From assembly GCA_041667145.1 (NCBI GenBank), contig JBAYFP010000004.1, positions 9,100-73,099 on the forward strand: a stretch of DNA of 64,000 nt, in the 5' to 3' direction. This stretch comes from Minisyncoccota bacterium. GTDB taxonomy: Bacteria > Patescibacteriota > Minisyncoccia > Phycocordibacterales > UBA9973. This document shows, piece after piece, positions 36,423 through 45,182 of this stretch. A program made the translations under genes and the position numbers. Positions within the stretch are counted from its first letter, which is position 1; each line of letters begins with the position of its first letter. Below the pieces are notes generated by a model. The model was not told the DNA's origin. It ran no database searches and saw nothing but the letters and a program-made list of their open reading frames with translations.

Positions 36423-37631
36423 ATGATTGAAAATAGTATTGTTTATCGAGACTTCAAAGGAAAATATGAATACCTCCCTATTTCAAAAGCGGAAGGTTCT
36501 TTAATTTGGGATAGAGATGGAAAAAGATATATAGATTTTTCATCAGCTTGGAACGTGACAAATCTAGGATGGAATAACCCAGAAATCAACGAAGCGATAA
36601 TTGAACAAACGAAGAAAAATGTTCAGGGTCTTCTTTGGGGTTCAGATCCGATTCAAGAAGAATATGCCAAGGCTTTGACAGAAGCACTACCCGAAGGACT
36701 CGATGCTTGTATTAAAGAAACAAGTGGCACAGAGTCAATCGAGGTTGCAATTAAAGTTGCTCGTGTTTACACAGAAAGAAAAAGAATCATTGGTTTTAAT
36801 TCCCATTATCACGGACAGTTATTTGCCTCACTTGCTATTGGGTATCCAAAAGATTCACATCAAAAACTTCAACCGTTAGTTCCAGAAATTGAACCTATCC
36901 CATTTCCACACAATAAAATAAGTGAAGAAGATTTCAATAAATTCCTGTCAGATTTTGAAGAATTACTCTCAAAAAAAGATATCGCTGCTGTTGTTACAGA
37001 ACCAGGAATCATAACTGGTTGGGGTTCAACACTTATTGCGTATCCTAGGTTTCTAACAAAACTTCGAGAGATTACTTCAAAGTACGGAACATTACTTATT
37101 GTTGATGAAGTTGGAACAGGTTTTTCACGAACAGGAAAACTTTTTGGCATACAACATGAAAATGTAACACCAGATATGATTGTATTTGCAAAAGGAATAT
37201 CAAATGGGGCTTCTGCTATTGGTGCAGTTGTGGGTAAATCTGAAATGTTCGAAAGGGCATTTTCAGAAGCAATGCTAATCTCTACCTTTGGTTGGACTCC
37301 AATAGCATGTGCCATTTCTTTAAAAGCTCTTCAAATTCATTTAAGAGATAAAACTTGGGAAATGGCAGAGAAGAAAGGAAATTATATACAAGAAAAATTA
37401 AAAGCTCATGTTGGAAATACTGTCGTTGAAGTACGAGGAATGGGATTAGAGATAGGATTACAATTCAAAGATGCAGAAACTTGTAAAAGAATTCAAAAGG
37501 CATGCTTTGCCGACGGACTTCATGTCGTTGTAGGGAGTGGAGATAATATGCAAATTATGCCACCACTTACAATTTCACAAGAATTACTAGATGAAGGTTT
37601 GAATATTTTAATTAAAAATTTGAAAAGTTAA
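36423..37631 (+). CDS. Class-III (PLP-dependent) aminotransferase
   Basis: IVDEVGTGFSRTGKLFG and PDMIVFAKGISNG (Schiff-base Lys region). 402 aa. Confidence 0.85.
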   Translation: MIENSIVYRDFKGKYEYLPISKAEGSLIWDRDGKRYIDFSSAWNVTNLGWNNPEINEAIIEQTKKNVQGLLWGSDPIQEEYAKALTEALPEGLDACIKETSGTESIEVAIKVARVYTERKRIIGFNSHYHGQLFASLAIGYPKDSHQKLQPLVPEIEPIPFPHNKISEEDFNKFLSDFEELLSKKDIAAVVTEPGIITGWGSTLIAYPRFLTKLREITSKYGTLLIVDEVGTGFSRTGKLFGIQHENVTPDMIVFAKGISNGASAIGAVVGKSEMFERAFSEAMLISTFGWTPIACAISLKALQIHLRDKTWEMAEKKGNYIQEKLKAHVGNTVVEVRGMGLEIGLQFKDAETCKRIQKACFADGLHVVVGSGDNMQIMPPLTISQELLDEGLNILIKNLKS

Positions 37632-37642
37632 ATAATAAATTT

Positions 37643-37981
37643 ATGAAAATCATAAAAAAATTAAACGAAACTTTTGTACGTGAAGATGCTCACGGTGGTA
37701 GTGGTGGACGTAAATTATTATTATCAGAAAATGAGATAAATAATGTGCAAGGTATGACATATGGGTTTTTGCCAGCAAATTCTAAATTTGCATGGCATAT
37801 GCATGAAAAAATGAACGAGGTAATGATTGTTTTAAAAGGTCAAGGAAATGTCCGAGACGAAGATGGTATGTATACTTATTCAACAGGAGACGTATTTATA
37901 TTTCCAAAAGATATTTTTCATGAAATTGAAAACGTATCTAGCGAAGAAAACGAATATATTTTTGTACGAGTTTATGAATAA
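37643..37981 (+). CDS. Cupin-domain protein
   Basis: 112 aa. HMHEKMNEVMIVLKG...GDVFIFPKDIFHEIEN two-motif cupin pattern. Confidence 0.55.
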   Translation: MKIIKKLNETFVREDAHGGSGGRKLLLSENEINNVQGMTYGFLPANSKFAWHMHEKMNEVMIVLKGQGNVRDEDGMYTYSTGDVFIFPKDIFHEIENVSSEENEYIFVRVYE

Positions 37982-38032
37982 AAAAAGAATTAGTATACAA
38001 CAAGGACCGTTCTTGTTGTATACAATATAACT

Positions 38033-38716
38033 ATGGGAGAAATAACAAAATTTTATAAAGAAGAAGAAATTGCGAAAAAAGTAATAGATTTTTGTTTGGG
38101 GAAATATCAACTAATATTTATTTCTGGTAACGGAGGATCTGGGAAAACAACTCTTAGTAAACAATTAGTAAAAGAGATTAATTCACGTGGACTAGAGGCT
38201 AATTGTATTGATATGGATGATTTTATGATTGACAGTAAAATACGTAAAAGCACTCAAAAGGAATGGATTGATGTAAAAAACAACAAAAGAGTTAGTTATC
38301 ATACATGGGCATTTAAAGAATCATACCATTTAGACTCTTTGGAAACTTTAATTCATTTATTGATGAACGGAAAGGATTGTTCTTATAGACATAAAAGCGG
38401 AGAAGAGACAGAACTAAAATCAGAATTTCCTTTAACAATAATTGAAGGAGTAGGTACAGCTTTTCTTAAAAAAGAGGAAATGATGTATGGAATTTTTGCA
38501 ATGTGTGATTTTAAAGTTGAAGTTGATAGACGAATAAAGAGAGCCCGTGATGGTGAAGATAATTTGTCACGTGAAGAAGTTGAAGAAAAAGCCACTGAAA
38601 GAAATGAACAATTTGAAGTAACAATCCTACCTGAGAAAAATAAATTTGATTTGGAATTGTGGAGTTTAGAAGACTACTCTTTTAGAGTGGAGCGAGACAA
38701 TTTAAATATACTATAA
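38033..38716 (+). CDS. P-loop nucleoside/nucleotide kinase (uridine-kinase/PRK-like)
   Basis: Walker A ISGNGGSGKTTL. Later IIEGVG. 227 aa. Confidence 0.55.
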   Translation: MGEITKFYKEEEIAKKVIDFCLGKYQLIFISGNGGSGKTTLSKQLVKEINSRGLEANCIDMDDFMIDSKIRKSTQKEWIDVKNNKRVSYHTWAFKESYHLDSLETLIHLLMNGKDCSYRHKSGEETELKSEFPLTIIEGVGTAFLKKEEMMYGIFAMCDFKVEVDRRIKRARDGEDNLSREEVEEKATERNEQFEVTILPEKNKFDLELWSLEDYSFRVERDNLNIL

Positions 38717-38730
38717 ATCATAGTAAAAAT

Positions 38731-39177
38731 ATGGAAAACTTAATTCAAAACATAGTTAAAAATGCCGAATCTTTAAAGAATAAATACACTGATCAAAAAA
38801 ATATTCCAGTTAACTATGCCTGTATTTTTTGCCAATCTAAAGAAGAACAAACTAATTTTTTAGAAGAGGCACATAAACTAGGTATGGTAATACAAGAAAC
38901 TCCAAGCGGTCCACTCTTTAAAATATCTTTAGAAACTGTTGCTGGTAAATTACAATTATTAAAAATTAGAAAACCAGATTCAACTCGACAAGAACGTGGA
39001 GATGCTGATTTTACGGTCGTTGATTATCCCTCCTTTAAAGAAAAGTATTTAAATAAAGCTGGATTTTCACTTATACAAAAAGAAAATTTTGAAATGATTG
39101 AACTGTACGAAAAAGACAATAACGTAAGAGTATATTTTTCATTTCCTCCTTTAGATAAACAGTTAAATTTGATATAA
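38731..39177 (+). CDS. Hypothetical protein
   Basis: 148 aa. No motif recognised. Confidence 0.45.
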   Translation: MENLIQNIVKNAESLKNKYTDQKNIPVNYACIFCQSKEEQTNFLEEAHKLGMVIQETPSGPLFKISLETVAGKLQLLKIRKPDSTRQERGDADFTVVDYPSFKEKYLNKAGFSLIQKENFEMIELYEKDNNVRVYFSFPPLDKQLNLI

Positions 39178-39184
39178 TTAAAAT

Positions 39185-40087
39185 ATGAATAAAATAGTGG
39201 TCACCCAAGATTTGGGCTTGAATGACGAAGAAAGAGAAAAACTAAATAAACTTGGTGAAGTTAAATATTACGAAGATTTACCAAAAACACCAGAAGAATG
39301 GTTAGAAAGATGTAAAAATGCTGATGTTATTTGTTCTGGTAAATTTGGGTTAAAACTTAAATATCAAGAATTAGAAAATGCTTTTTTGTCCTTGCCTTTT
39401 GTTGCAACAGACTTTTTAAATAGAGATATATTAAAGGATAGAAATATAAAAGTTTCGAATTGTCCTGGGTGCAACAAAGAAGCTGTAAGTGAGTGGATAA
39501 TTGCAATGGTTCTTGATTTGTTAAGAGATTTACCAAACTGGATAAATAGAAAAGAATCTGACAGTATCCCAAAAGAAACAAAGGGATTAGTTGGTAAAAA
39601 TATTACAATTTTAGGTAAGGGTAATGTTGGGTCTAGGGTTGGTAAAATATGTGAAGCATTGGAAATGAATGTTAAATATTTTACAAAGAATGATAATCTA
39701 ATTGAATCTATAAAAGATGCTGATGTGATAGTTGATACCTTAGGTTCAAATGAGACAACCAAAGGTTTACTAAATAAAGAATTCTTTAATTCTTTTAAAA
39801 AGGGTTCGTATTTTATAACTGTAACTAGCCCTAAAATATATGATATAGAAGCGATGATTGAAGCTTTAGATAAAAATATTTTAGCAGGTGTTGCTAGTGA
39901 TTGTGCTTCAATACAAGTCGGTGATGTTAATGATCCTTTCTATATTAAACTAGCTAATCATCCAAAGGTTTTAGCTACTCCACATATAGCTTATAATACT
40001 GATGCAACTGATAGAAAAGCTAGCAAAATGATGATTGATAATATTGAAGCTTATTTGAAGGGGGTGCCTATAAATCTAGTTGAATAG
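39185..40087 (+). CDS. D-isomer-specific 2-hydroxyacid dehydrogenase family protein (NAD-binding)
   Basis: GKNITILGKGNVGSRVGKI Rossmann motif. Catalytic His region (ATPHIAYNT). 300 aa. Confidence 0.8.
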   Translation: MNKIVVTQDLGLNDEEREKLNKLGEVKYYEDLPKTPEEWLERCKNADVICSGKFGLKLKYQELENAFLSLPFVATDFLNRDILKDRNIKVSNCPGCNKEAVSEWIIAMVLDLLRDLPNWINRKESDSIPKETKGLVGKNITILGKGNVGSRVGKICEALEMNVKYFTKNDNLIESIKDADVIVDTLGSNETTKGLLNKEFFNSFKKGSYFITVTSPKIYDIEAMIEALDKNILAGVASDCASIQVGDVNDPFYIKLANHPKVLATPHIAYNTDATDRKASKMMIDNIEAYLKGVPINLVE

Positions 40088-40102
40088 TTTTATGATATCA
40101 AA

Positions 40103-40133
40103 AAAGAGCAACAAGGGTTGCTCTTTTTTATAT
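40103..40133. terminator. Rho-independent terminator
   Basis: AAAAAAGAGCAAC-AAGG-GTTGCTCTTTTTTAT. Confidence 0.65.
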
Positions 40134-40203
40134 AACTTGTAGCTTTGTGGGTCACGCTTAGTACATAACTAAATGGGTCATCAAAACTAACAGGTTGTCA
40201 ATG

Positions 40204-40288
40204 CGGAGGCGGTGAGATTCGAACTCACGGTGCCTTTCGACACTCCGGTTTTCAGGACCGGTGCACTAAACCGCTATGCGACGCCTCC
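40204..40288 (-). tRNA. tRNA-Ser (anticodon UGA, long variable arm); CCA not encoded
   Basis: Minus-strand GGAGGCGTCGCATAGCGGTTTAGTGCACCGGTCCTGAAAACCGGAGTGTCGAAAGGCACCGTGAGTTCGAATCTCACCGCCTCCG. Acceptor GGAGGCG/CGCCTCC. Anticodon stem CCGGT/ACCGG with loop CCTGAAA. Extra arm GTGTC-GAAA-GGCAC. Discriminator G. Position 33 reads C, which is unusual. Confidence 0.7.
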
Positions 40289-40335
40289 CATCTACGCTTC
40301 ATAACATTACTTTATTTAAAGTGTTTTTTCAAGTT

Positions 40336-40575
40336 TTATTTTTTAGGTAAAATTCCTTGCAGGGATTTTTGGATATCACTTATTTTCTTTTTAGCGATAA
40401 AAAAGATGTAGAAAATTTCAAGAATCCCAAAGGTATTCACTATCATAAGAATGACAAACCACCACTTTTCATTTCTTTTTGATGCAGTCCAAAGTGAATA
40501 AGCTTTCCAAGGAAGAACCCAGAAAATAGTTATTAGTAATATTATTAAATTCTCGTTTGTTAATTGGTACATCAT
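40336..40575 (-). CDS. Small two-TM membrane protein
   Basis: 79 aa with two hydrophobic helices. Confidence 0.4.
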   Translation of the reverse strand: MMYQLTNENLIILLITIFWVLPWKAYSLWTASKRNEKWWFVILMIVNTFGILEIFYIFFIAKKKISDIQKSLQGILPKK

Positions 40576-40621
40576 ATAAAAATAATATCAGAAAAATCTA
40601 TTTTATGCTAGTATTCCTCGT

Positions 40622-41077
40622 ATGAGTATTAGAAGATTTCTAGGAATTGATTATGGAACAAAAAGAATAGGTGTGGCTATTTCAGACGAAGAAAGAGTTT
40701 TGGCTTTTCCAAGGGAAATCGTATTGAATGATCTAAACACCTTAGATAAATTAGGGGAAATTATAAAAGAAGAGAATATTGGAGAAATCGTGGTAGGGGA
40801 GTCAGTAGACTTTTCGGGGAAATTGAATGTTTTGTCTGCAAGGATTGATGTTTTTATTTTAGAACTCAAAGATAAGTTTAATCTACCTATTCATAAGCAG
40901 AAAGAATTCTTAACTTCAGTGGAAGCTCGTAAGGCAGGGGATAGTAAAAAAAGTTTGAATCAATCACAAGCTCATAGTAAAATAAAACAGATTAAAAGTG
41001 GGAGGATAGATGCATCAGCCGCCGCTTTGATATTGCAGAGATATTTAGATCGAAGATCCCGACAAATAGAGGGATAA
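40622..41077 (+). CDS. ruvX: Holliday-junction resolvase-like RNase H-fold nuclease YqgF/RuvX
   Basis: FLGIDYGTKRIGVAISD N-terminal catalytic motif. 151 aa. Confidence 0.85.
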   Translation: MSIRRFLGIDYGTKRIGVAISDEERVLAFPREIVLNDLNTLDKLGEIIKEENIGEIVVGESVDFSGKLNVLSARIDVFILELKDKFNLPIHKQKEFLTSVEARKAGDSKKSLNQSQAHSKIKQIKSGRIDASAAALILQRYLDRRSRQIEG

Positions 41078-41100
41078 AATAAATAATGTAAAAAAATAAG

Positions 41101-41430
41101 ATGATAAATATAGAAGATTTTAAAAAAGTTGATATTGTAGTTGGAGAAATATTGTCAGCAGAAAAAGTTCCTGATACAGATAAATTATTAAAATTATCTG
41201 TTGATTTAGCTGAAGAGAAACCAAGACAAATAGTTTCTGGTATTTCTTTGTATTTTCCAGATTGTAGTGTTTTGGTTGGTAAAAAATGTATGTTTATCGC
41301 TAATCTCGAAACGAGAGTGATTCGTGGCATAGAAAGCCAAGGGATGATATTGGCTGTTTCTACTTCAGATGATAAATTTTCTTTACTCGAGCCAAATGGT
41401 GAAATTCCTGTTGGCACGCGAGCAAGATAA
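41101..41430 (+). CDS. tRNA-binding domain protein (CsaA-like), second, divergent paralog
   Basis: MINIEDFKKVDIVVGEILSAEKVPDTDKLLKLSVDL. About 30% identical to 24230..24559. 109 aa. Confidence 0.75.
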   Translation: MINIEDFKKVDIVVGEILSAEKVPDTDKLLKLSVDLAEEKPRQIVSGISLYFPDCSVLVGKKCMFIANLETRVIRGIESQGMILAVSTSDDKFSLLEPNGEIPVGTRAR

Positions 41431-41441
41431 AGAGTATAATA

Positions 41442-42530
41442 TTGTATATGTTTAGAGATTTATTTAATAGATTTTTTCCTACACCCAAATTTCTCGTGTT
41501 GCCTTCTTTCGGTTTAGATATCTCAGATGAATCTATAAAATATATAGAATTAATAAAAACAAAAAATGGAATTAAGGTGAATCGTTATGGAGAGAAAAAA
41601 ATTCCAATGGGTGTTATCGAATCAGGTAAGATCAAAGATACCAAACGTATGGGCGGTATTTTGACATCTTTGAGAAATGAAGAAGGGTTGAAATCTGTTC
41701 GTGTCTCTTTACCAGAAGAACAAGTCTATCTTTTTAATTTAAAATTAGAAAAATTAGGTTTGGAAAGTATTAGGGAGGGGATAGAGCTTTCTCTTGAAGA
41801 ATATATTCCAGTTCCTGCTGAAGATGCCATATTTGATTACGAAATTTTGAGTGAGAATGAACAGACTTTTAAATTACAGGTTGCTGCTATCCCTAAAAAT
41901 GTTATTGAAGAGTATTTATCGGTTTTTAAAAATTCTCTCATATCTGCAAAATCTTTTGAGCTTGAAGCACAAGCTGTAGCTAGGTGTGTCATTAAAAAAG
42001 GAGATTTGGAAACATATATGTTGGTAGATTTTGGGAAAAAACGCACGGGGATATTCATAGTTTCTGGGGGGATCGTAGTATTTACTTCTACTTTAGATAT
42101 GGGGGGGTTTATGCTTACTAGCATGATAGAGAAAAATTTCAAAATAAGTTTTGAGGAAGCAGAGAAAAGAAAAAAAGAATTTGGTTTGAAACGTGACCCC
42201 GCTAATGCAGAAGTGTTTTCTGTGCTTTTAAATGGTGTCTCTATTTTACGTGATGAAATAGCAAAACATTTTTTATATTGGCATACACACAAAGATGAAG
42301 AGGGGAAAGATAGGCCGATAATAAAAAAAGTGATTCTTTCTGGTGGAGATTCTAATCTTATAGGACTTTCTGAATATTTTTCTGTAAGTATGAAAACTCC
42401 AGTGGAGATAGCTAATGTTTGGGTCAATATATTACAAGCAGGAGAATACATCCCAGACATAGATTTAGATGAATCGTTAACATTTGCAACAGCCCTAGGA
42501 CTTGCCTTGGGGGATTTTGAACATGATTAA
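41442..42530 (+). CDS. pilM: Type IV pilus assembly protein PilM (actin-like ATPase fold)
   Basis: FGLDISDESIKYIEL, LVDFGKKRTGIFIVSGG, VILSGGDSNLIGL. 362 aa. Followed by PilN/PilO-like genes. Confidence 0.8.
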   Translation: MYMFRDLFNRFFPTPKFLVLPSFGLDISDESIKYIELIKTKNGIKVNRYGEKKIPMGVIESGKIKDTKRMGGILTSLRNEEGLKSVRVSLPEEQVYLFNLKLEKLGLESIREGIELSLEEYIPVPAEDAIFDYEILSENEQTFKLQVAAIPKNVIEEYLSVFKNSLISAKSFELEAQAVARCVIKKGDLETYMLVDFGKKRTGIFIVSGGIVVFTSTLDMGGFMLTSMIEKNFKISFEEAEKRKKEFGLKRDPANAEVFSVLLNGVSILRDEIAKHFLYWHTHKDEEGKDRPIIKKVILSGGDSNLIGLSEYFSVSMKTPVEIANVWVNILQAGEYIPDIDLDESLTFATALGLALGDFEHD

Positions 42531-43065
42531 TTTAATTCCAAATGAAGAAAAGAAGGAAATGTCTAGAGATTTTTATCTCAGGCTTATAACCGTATCATTT
42601 AGTATGATCGGGATATCTTTTTTTATTGCTTCTATTTTAATTTTACCATCTTATTTTCTTTCTTCAGTGGAGGAGAACGCTATCAATGCAAAATTAGAAT
42701 TACAGAAAAATGAACCGATTCCTGTTCCTGACCAAGGCACTCTAATTACGATTAATGATTTAAAGGGTAAATTAGGTTTAATTGAAAATATACAAAAAAG
42801 TAAGATTATTTTTTCTCAAAGGATAATTAATGAAATAATATTAAAGAAAATTCCTAGTATTAAGATTACAAACATTTCCTATCAAAACAATTTACCAACA
42901 AACGAGAAAATAAATATCAGCGGCAGAGCTCCAAATCGTGAAGTTTTACTATCATTTCGTCGCGCACTCGAGAATAATATAGCTTTTTCAAAAGTCGATT
43001 TACCAATTTCCAATTTTGTTAAGGGCTCTGATATTAGGTTTAGTTTAAGTTTGATTCCATCATAA
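42502..43065 (+). CDS. pilN: PilN-like pilus assembly protein
   Basis: 187 aa. N-terminal TM helix followed by a periplasmic domain. Overlaps pilM by 29 nt. Confidence 0.55.
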   Translation: MPWGILNMINLIPNEEKKEMSRDFYLRLITVSFSMIGISFFIASILILPSYFLSSVEENAINAKLELQKNEPIPVPDQGTLITINDLKGKLGLIENIQKSKIIFSQRIINEIILKKIPSIKITNISYQNNLPTNEKINISGRAPNREVLLSFRRALENNIAFSKVDLPISNFVKGSDIRFSLSLIPS

Positions 43066-43069
43066 TTAT

Positions 43070-43594
43070 ATGCAATTCCTTAATCAAAAAAAATCTTTTA
43101 TCTTTTCTGTAATATTTTTTGTCTGTTCTGTTTTGGGATTTTTTTTCTTGTATGGAATTATAAATGATAAGAAAGAATCGACATTATTAGCACAAGAAAC
43201 GTGGCAGATAGAATCTTCAAAGAGGAATGATGTGAGGTCTCTTATTAATTCAGTAAAAACAACCGCCGGAGAGAGGGCGCTACTCGATACATATTTTATT
43301 AGGAGTTCTAACGTTGTGCCATTTTTAGATACTATCGAAAGATTGGCAAAGGAGGTGAATGTCGGTGCTGAGGTAACATCTGTAGATATTGCTAAAGATA
43401 ATTCTTCACTTTTAGTTGGTATGAAAGCTACGGGGGGTTTCCAAATGATTTATAAATTTATAAATCTTTTAGAAAATTCTCAATATATTCTTGAATTTAT
43501 TTCAGTTGATATTCAAAATTCAAGTACTACTGTTGGTAAAACCTCACAATGGACAGCTGATTTTAAGATAAAACTTTTGAGTTTTAATAATTAA
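43070..43594 (+). CDS. pilO: PilO-like pilus assembly protein
   Basis: 174 aa. N-terminal TM helix plus periplasmic domain. Operon position supports the call. Confidence 0.5.
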   Translation: MQFLNQKKSFIFSVIFFVCSVLGFFFLYGIINDKKESTLLAQETWQIESSKRNDVRSLINSVKTTAGERALLDTYFIRSSNVVPFLDTIERLAKEVNVGAEVTSVDIAKDNSSLLVGMKATGGFQMIYKFINLLENSQYILEFISVDIQNSSTTVGKTSQWTADFKIKLLSFNN

Positions 43595-43601
43595 TAAATT
43601 T

Positions 43602-43913
43602 ATGAATTTTAATTTAAAGTTTTTAAAAAAGAAAAAAAAGTTTAGAAAGGGGGGTTCGGGGATAAAACCAGACCTTTATTGGAGATATATTCTTTGCATG
43701 ACATTTGCGTTAGTTTTGATTTTTTGTATTTTTGGTTTTTATTTTTTTATGGAGATAAATAAAGAGTCAGTCTCTTTATTCCCTGGTGTCAGTGGAAAGG
43801 AAACAATAAAAAAAGAAAGGATTGATAAAGTATTAGAATATTTTAAAGAACGTGAAAAAAAGTCTGTTGAAATAATAAATTCTCCAGCACTCATTATTGA
43901 CCCATCGTTGTAA
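43602..43913 (+). CDS. Small membrane protein, possibly pilus-associated
   Basis: 103 aa with one TM helix. Confidence 0.4.
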   Translation: MNFNLKFLKKKKKFRKGGSGIKPDLYWRYILCMTFALVLIFCIFGFYFFMEINKESVSLFPGVSGKETIKKERIDKVLEYFKEREKKSVEIINSPALIIDPSL

Positions 43914-43940
43914 AAATGCTAATTTAAATAGGTATTTAAT

Positions 43941-44013
43941 GCGCGGTTAGCTCAGTTGGTAGAGCGCTTCATTTACACTGAAGATGTCGGGGGTTCGAGC
44001 CCTCCACCGCGCA
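43941..44013 (+). tRNA. tRNA-Val (anticodon UAC)
   Basis: GCGCGGTTAGCTCAGTTGGTAGAGCGCTTCATTTACACTGAAGATGTCGGGGGTTCGAGCCCTCCACCGCGCA. Anticodon stem CTTCA/TGAAG with loop TTTACAC. Confidence 0.85.
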
Positions 44014-44039
44014 CACCCACGCTTATGGCGGGGCAAGTA

Positions 44040-44111
44040 GCCCTCGTAGTTCAATGGATAGAACAAGGCTCTTCTAAGGCCTTGATGTAGGTTCGATTCC
44101 TACCGAGGGCA
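44040..44111 (+). tRNA. tRNA-Arg (anticodon UCU)
   Basis: GCCCTCGTAGTTCAATGGATAGAACAAGGCTCTTCTAAGGCCTTGATGTAGGTTCGATTCCTACCGAGGGCA. Anticodon loop CTTCTAA. Confidence 0.85.
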
Positions 44112-44117
44112 CACACA

Positions 44118-44897
44118 ATGAAAATTGAGGTTTTATATGAAGATAAAGATATTTTAGCTATAGATAAGCCGTCTGGTATTTTGGTACACCCCGTACCAGA
44201 ACAAGTTCGGTACGGGGCAGGTCCAGATAAAGAAACTGTTATAGACATATTTAAGAAAAAATATCCCAAACTAGAAATCGTGCATAGATTGGATAAAGAA
44301 ACTTCCGGTGTTTTACTTTTGGCAAAAAATAAAAAAGCACATGAGTTTTTAAAAGATCAATTCAAGAACAGAGAAATAAAAAAAACTTATAATGCTGTCG
44401 TTTCAGGGAATGTAAAAAATGATCATGCCACAATAAATAAACCGATAGGCAGAAGTCCAAAAGATTTTCGTAGACGTCTCGCTGGGCGTGGAGTGAGGGG
44501 GGAACTTCGTGAAGCTATCACTGAGTACAGAGTTTTGAAAAGGTTTGAAACGCAAGCGGAGCATCATAAGATTTTTTATGTGCGAGGGTCCCAACCCGTA
44601 CTCGGGGAAGGGCGCAGTGCTAAAAAATCTTATGATGCTCCGCTGAAGTTTACCTACCTAGAAATTCATCCTAAAACTGGTAGGACACATCAGATCCGTG
44701 TTCATATGAAATTTATAAATCACCCAGTAGCTTGTGATTCTTTGTATAATCCAGATGGTCCATGTTTAGAAGGGTTCAAAAGACTAGCTCTTCACGCGAA
44801 ATCCATAGAGTTCAAAGATCTCAAAGGTAAAATAATAAAAGTGGAATCACTGTTACCGAAAGAATTCAAGAAAATTTTGTTACTAAAAGATAAATAA
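44118..44897 (+). CDS. RluA-family pseudouridine synthase; contains a ~29-aa insertion encoded by a palindromic element
   Basis: LAIDKPSGILVHP, HRLDKETSGVLLLAKN (catalytic Asp), TGRTHQIRVH. Insertion …ETQAEHHKIFYVRGSQPVLGEGRSAKKSYDAP…. Confidence 0.85.
   Translation: MKIEVLYEDKDILAIDKPSGILVHPVPEQVRYGAGPDKETVIDIFKKKYPKLEIVHRLDKETSGVLLLAKNKKAHEFLKDQFKNREIKKTYNAVVSGNVKNDHATINKPIGRSPKDFRRRLAGRGVRGELREAITEYRVLKRFETQAEHHKIFYVRGSQPVLGEGRSAKKSYDAPLKFTYLEIHPKTGRTHQIRVHMKFINHPVACDSLYNPDGPCLEGFKRLALHAKSIEFKDLKGKIIKVESLLPKEFKKILLLKDK
44556..44643. repeat. 88-bp GC-rich palindromic element inserted in-frame in rluA (comparable to Rickettsia RPE-type in-frame palindromic elements)
   Basis: Perfect 15-bp terminal inverted repeats GCGGAGCATCATAAG / CTTATGATGCTCCGC. 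Inner AGATTTTTTA / TAAAAAATCT. Contains CCCAACCCGTACTCGGGGAAGGG. Confidence 0.55.
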
Positions 44898-45182
44898 AAA
44901 AAGGAATATTTCTATCCCTTTTTCATAACTTCATAATAAATTGGCTTAAACTTCCCAAAAGGGAAGCTTTCCTTCGCCCTTTCTTTCCATTTTTTTACCT
45001 GTGAACGGGCTTCTTTTTTATCTTTACATTTCTTGATGTAAAGTGTCCCATTCACGTTTAAAATAACTAGAATCATAACTACTCCTTTATATTTATAAAT
45101 TCAAAAGAAATAATAATGCGTGTCTTTTTTGAATTTACACCCCGTAATAGCAAAAGTCAAAATAATGTATAATATATGAGTA

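Noticed and set aside
36869-39762. Antisense ORFs 36869..37315, 38383..38595, 39357..39581 and 39364..39762
   Set aside because: They lie opposite the confidently assigned aminotransferase, kinase and dehydrogenase genes.
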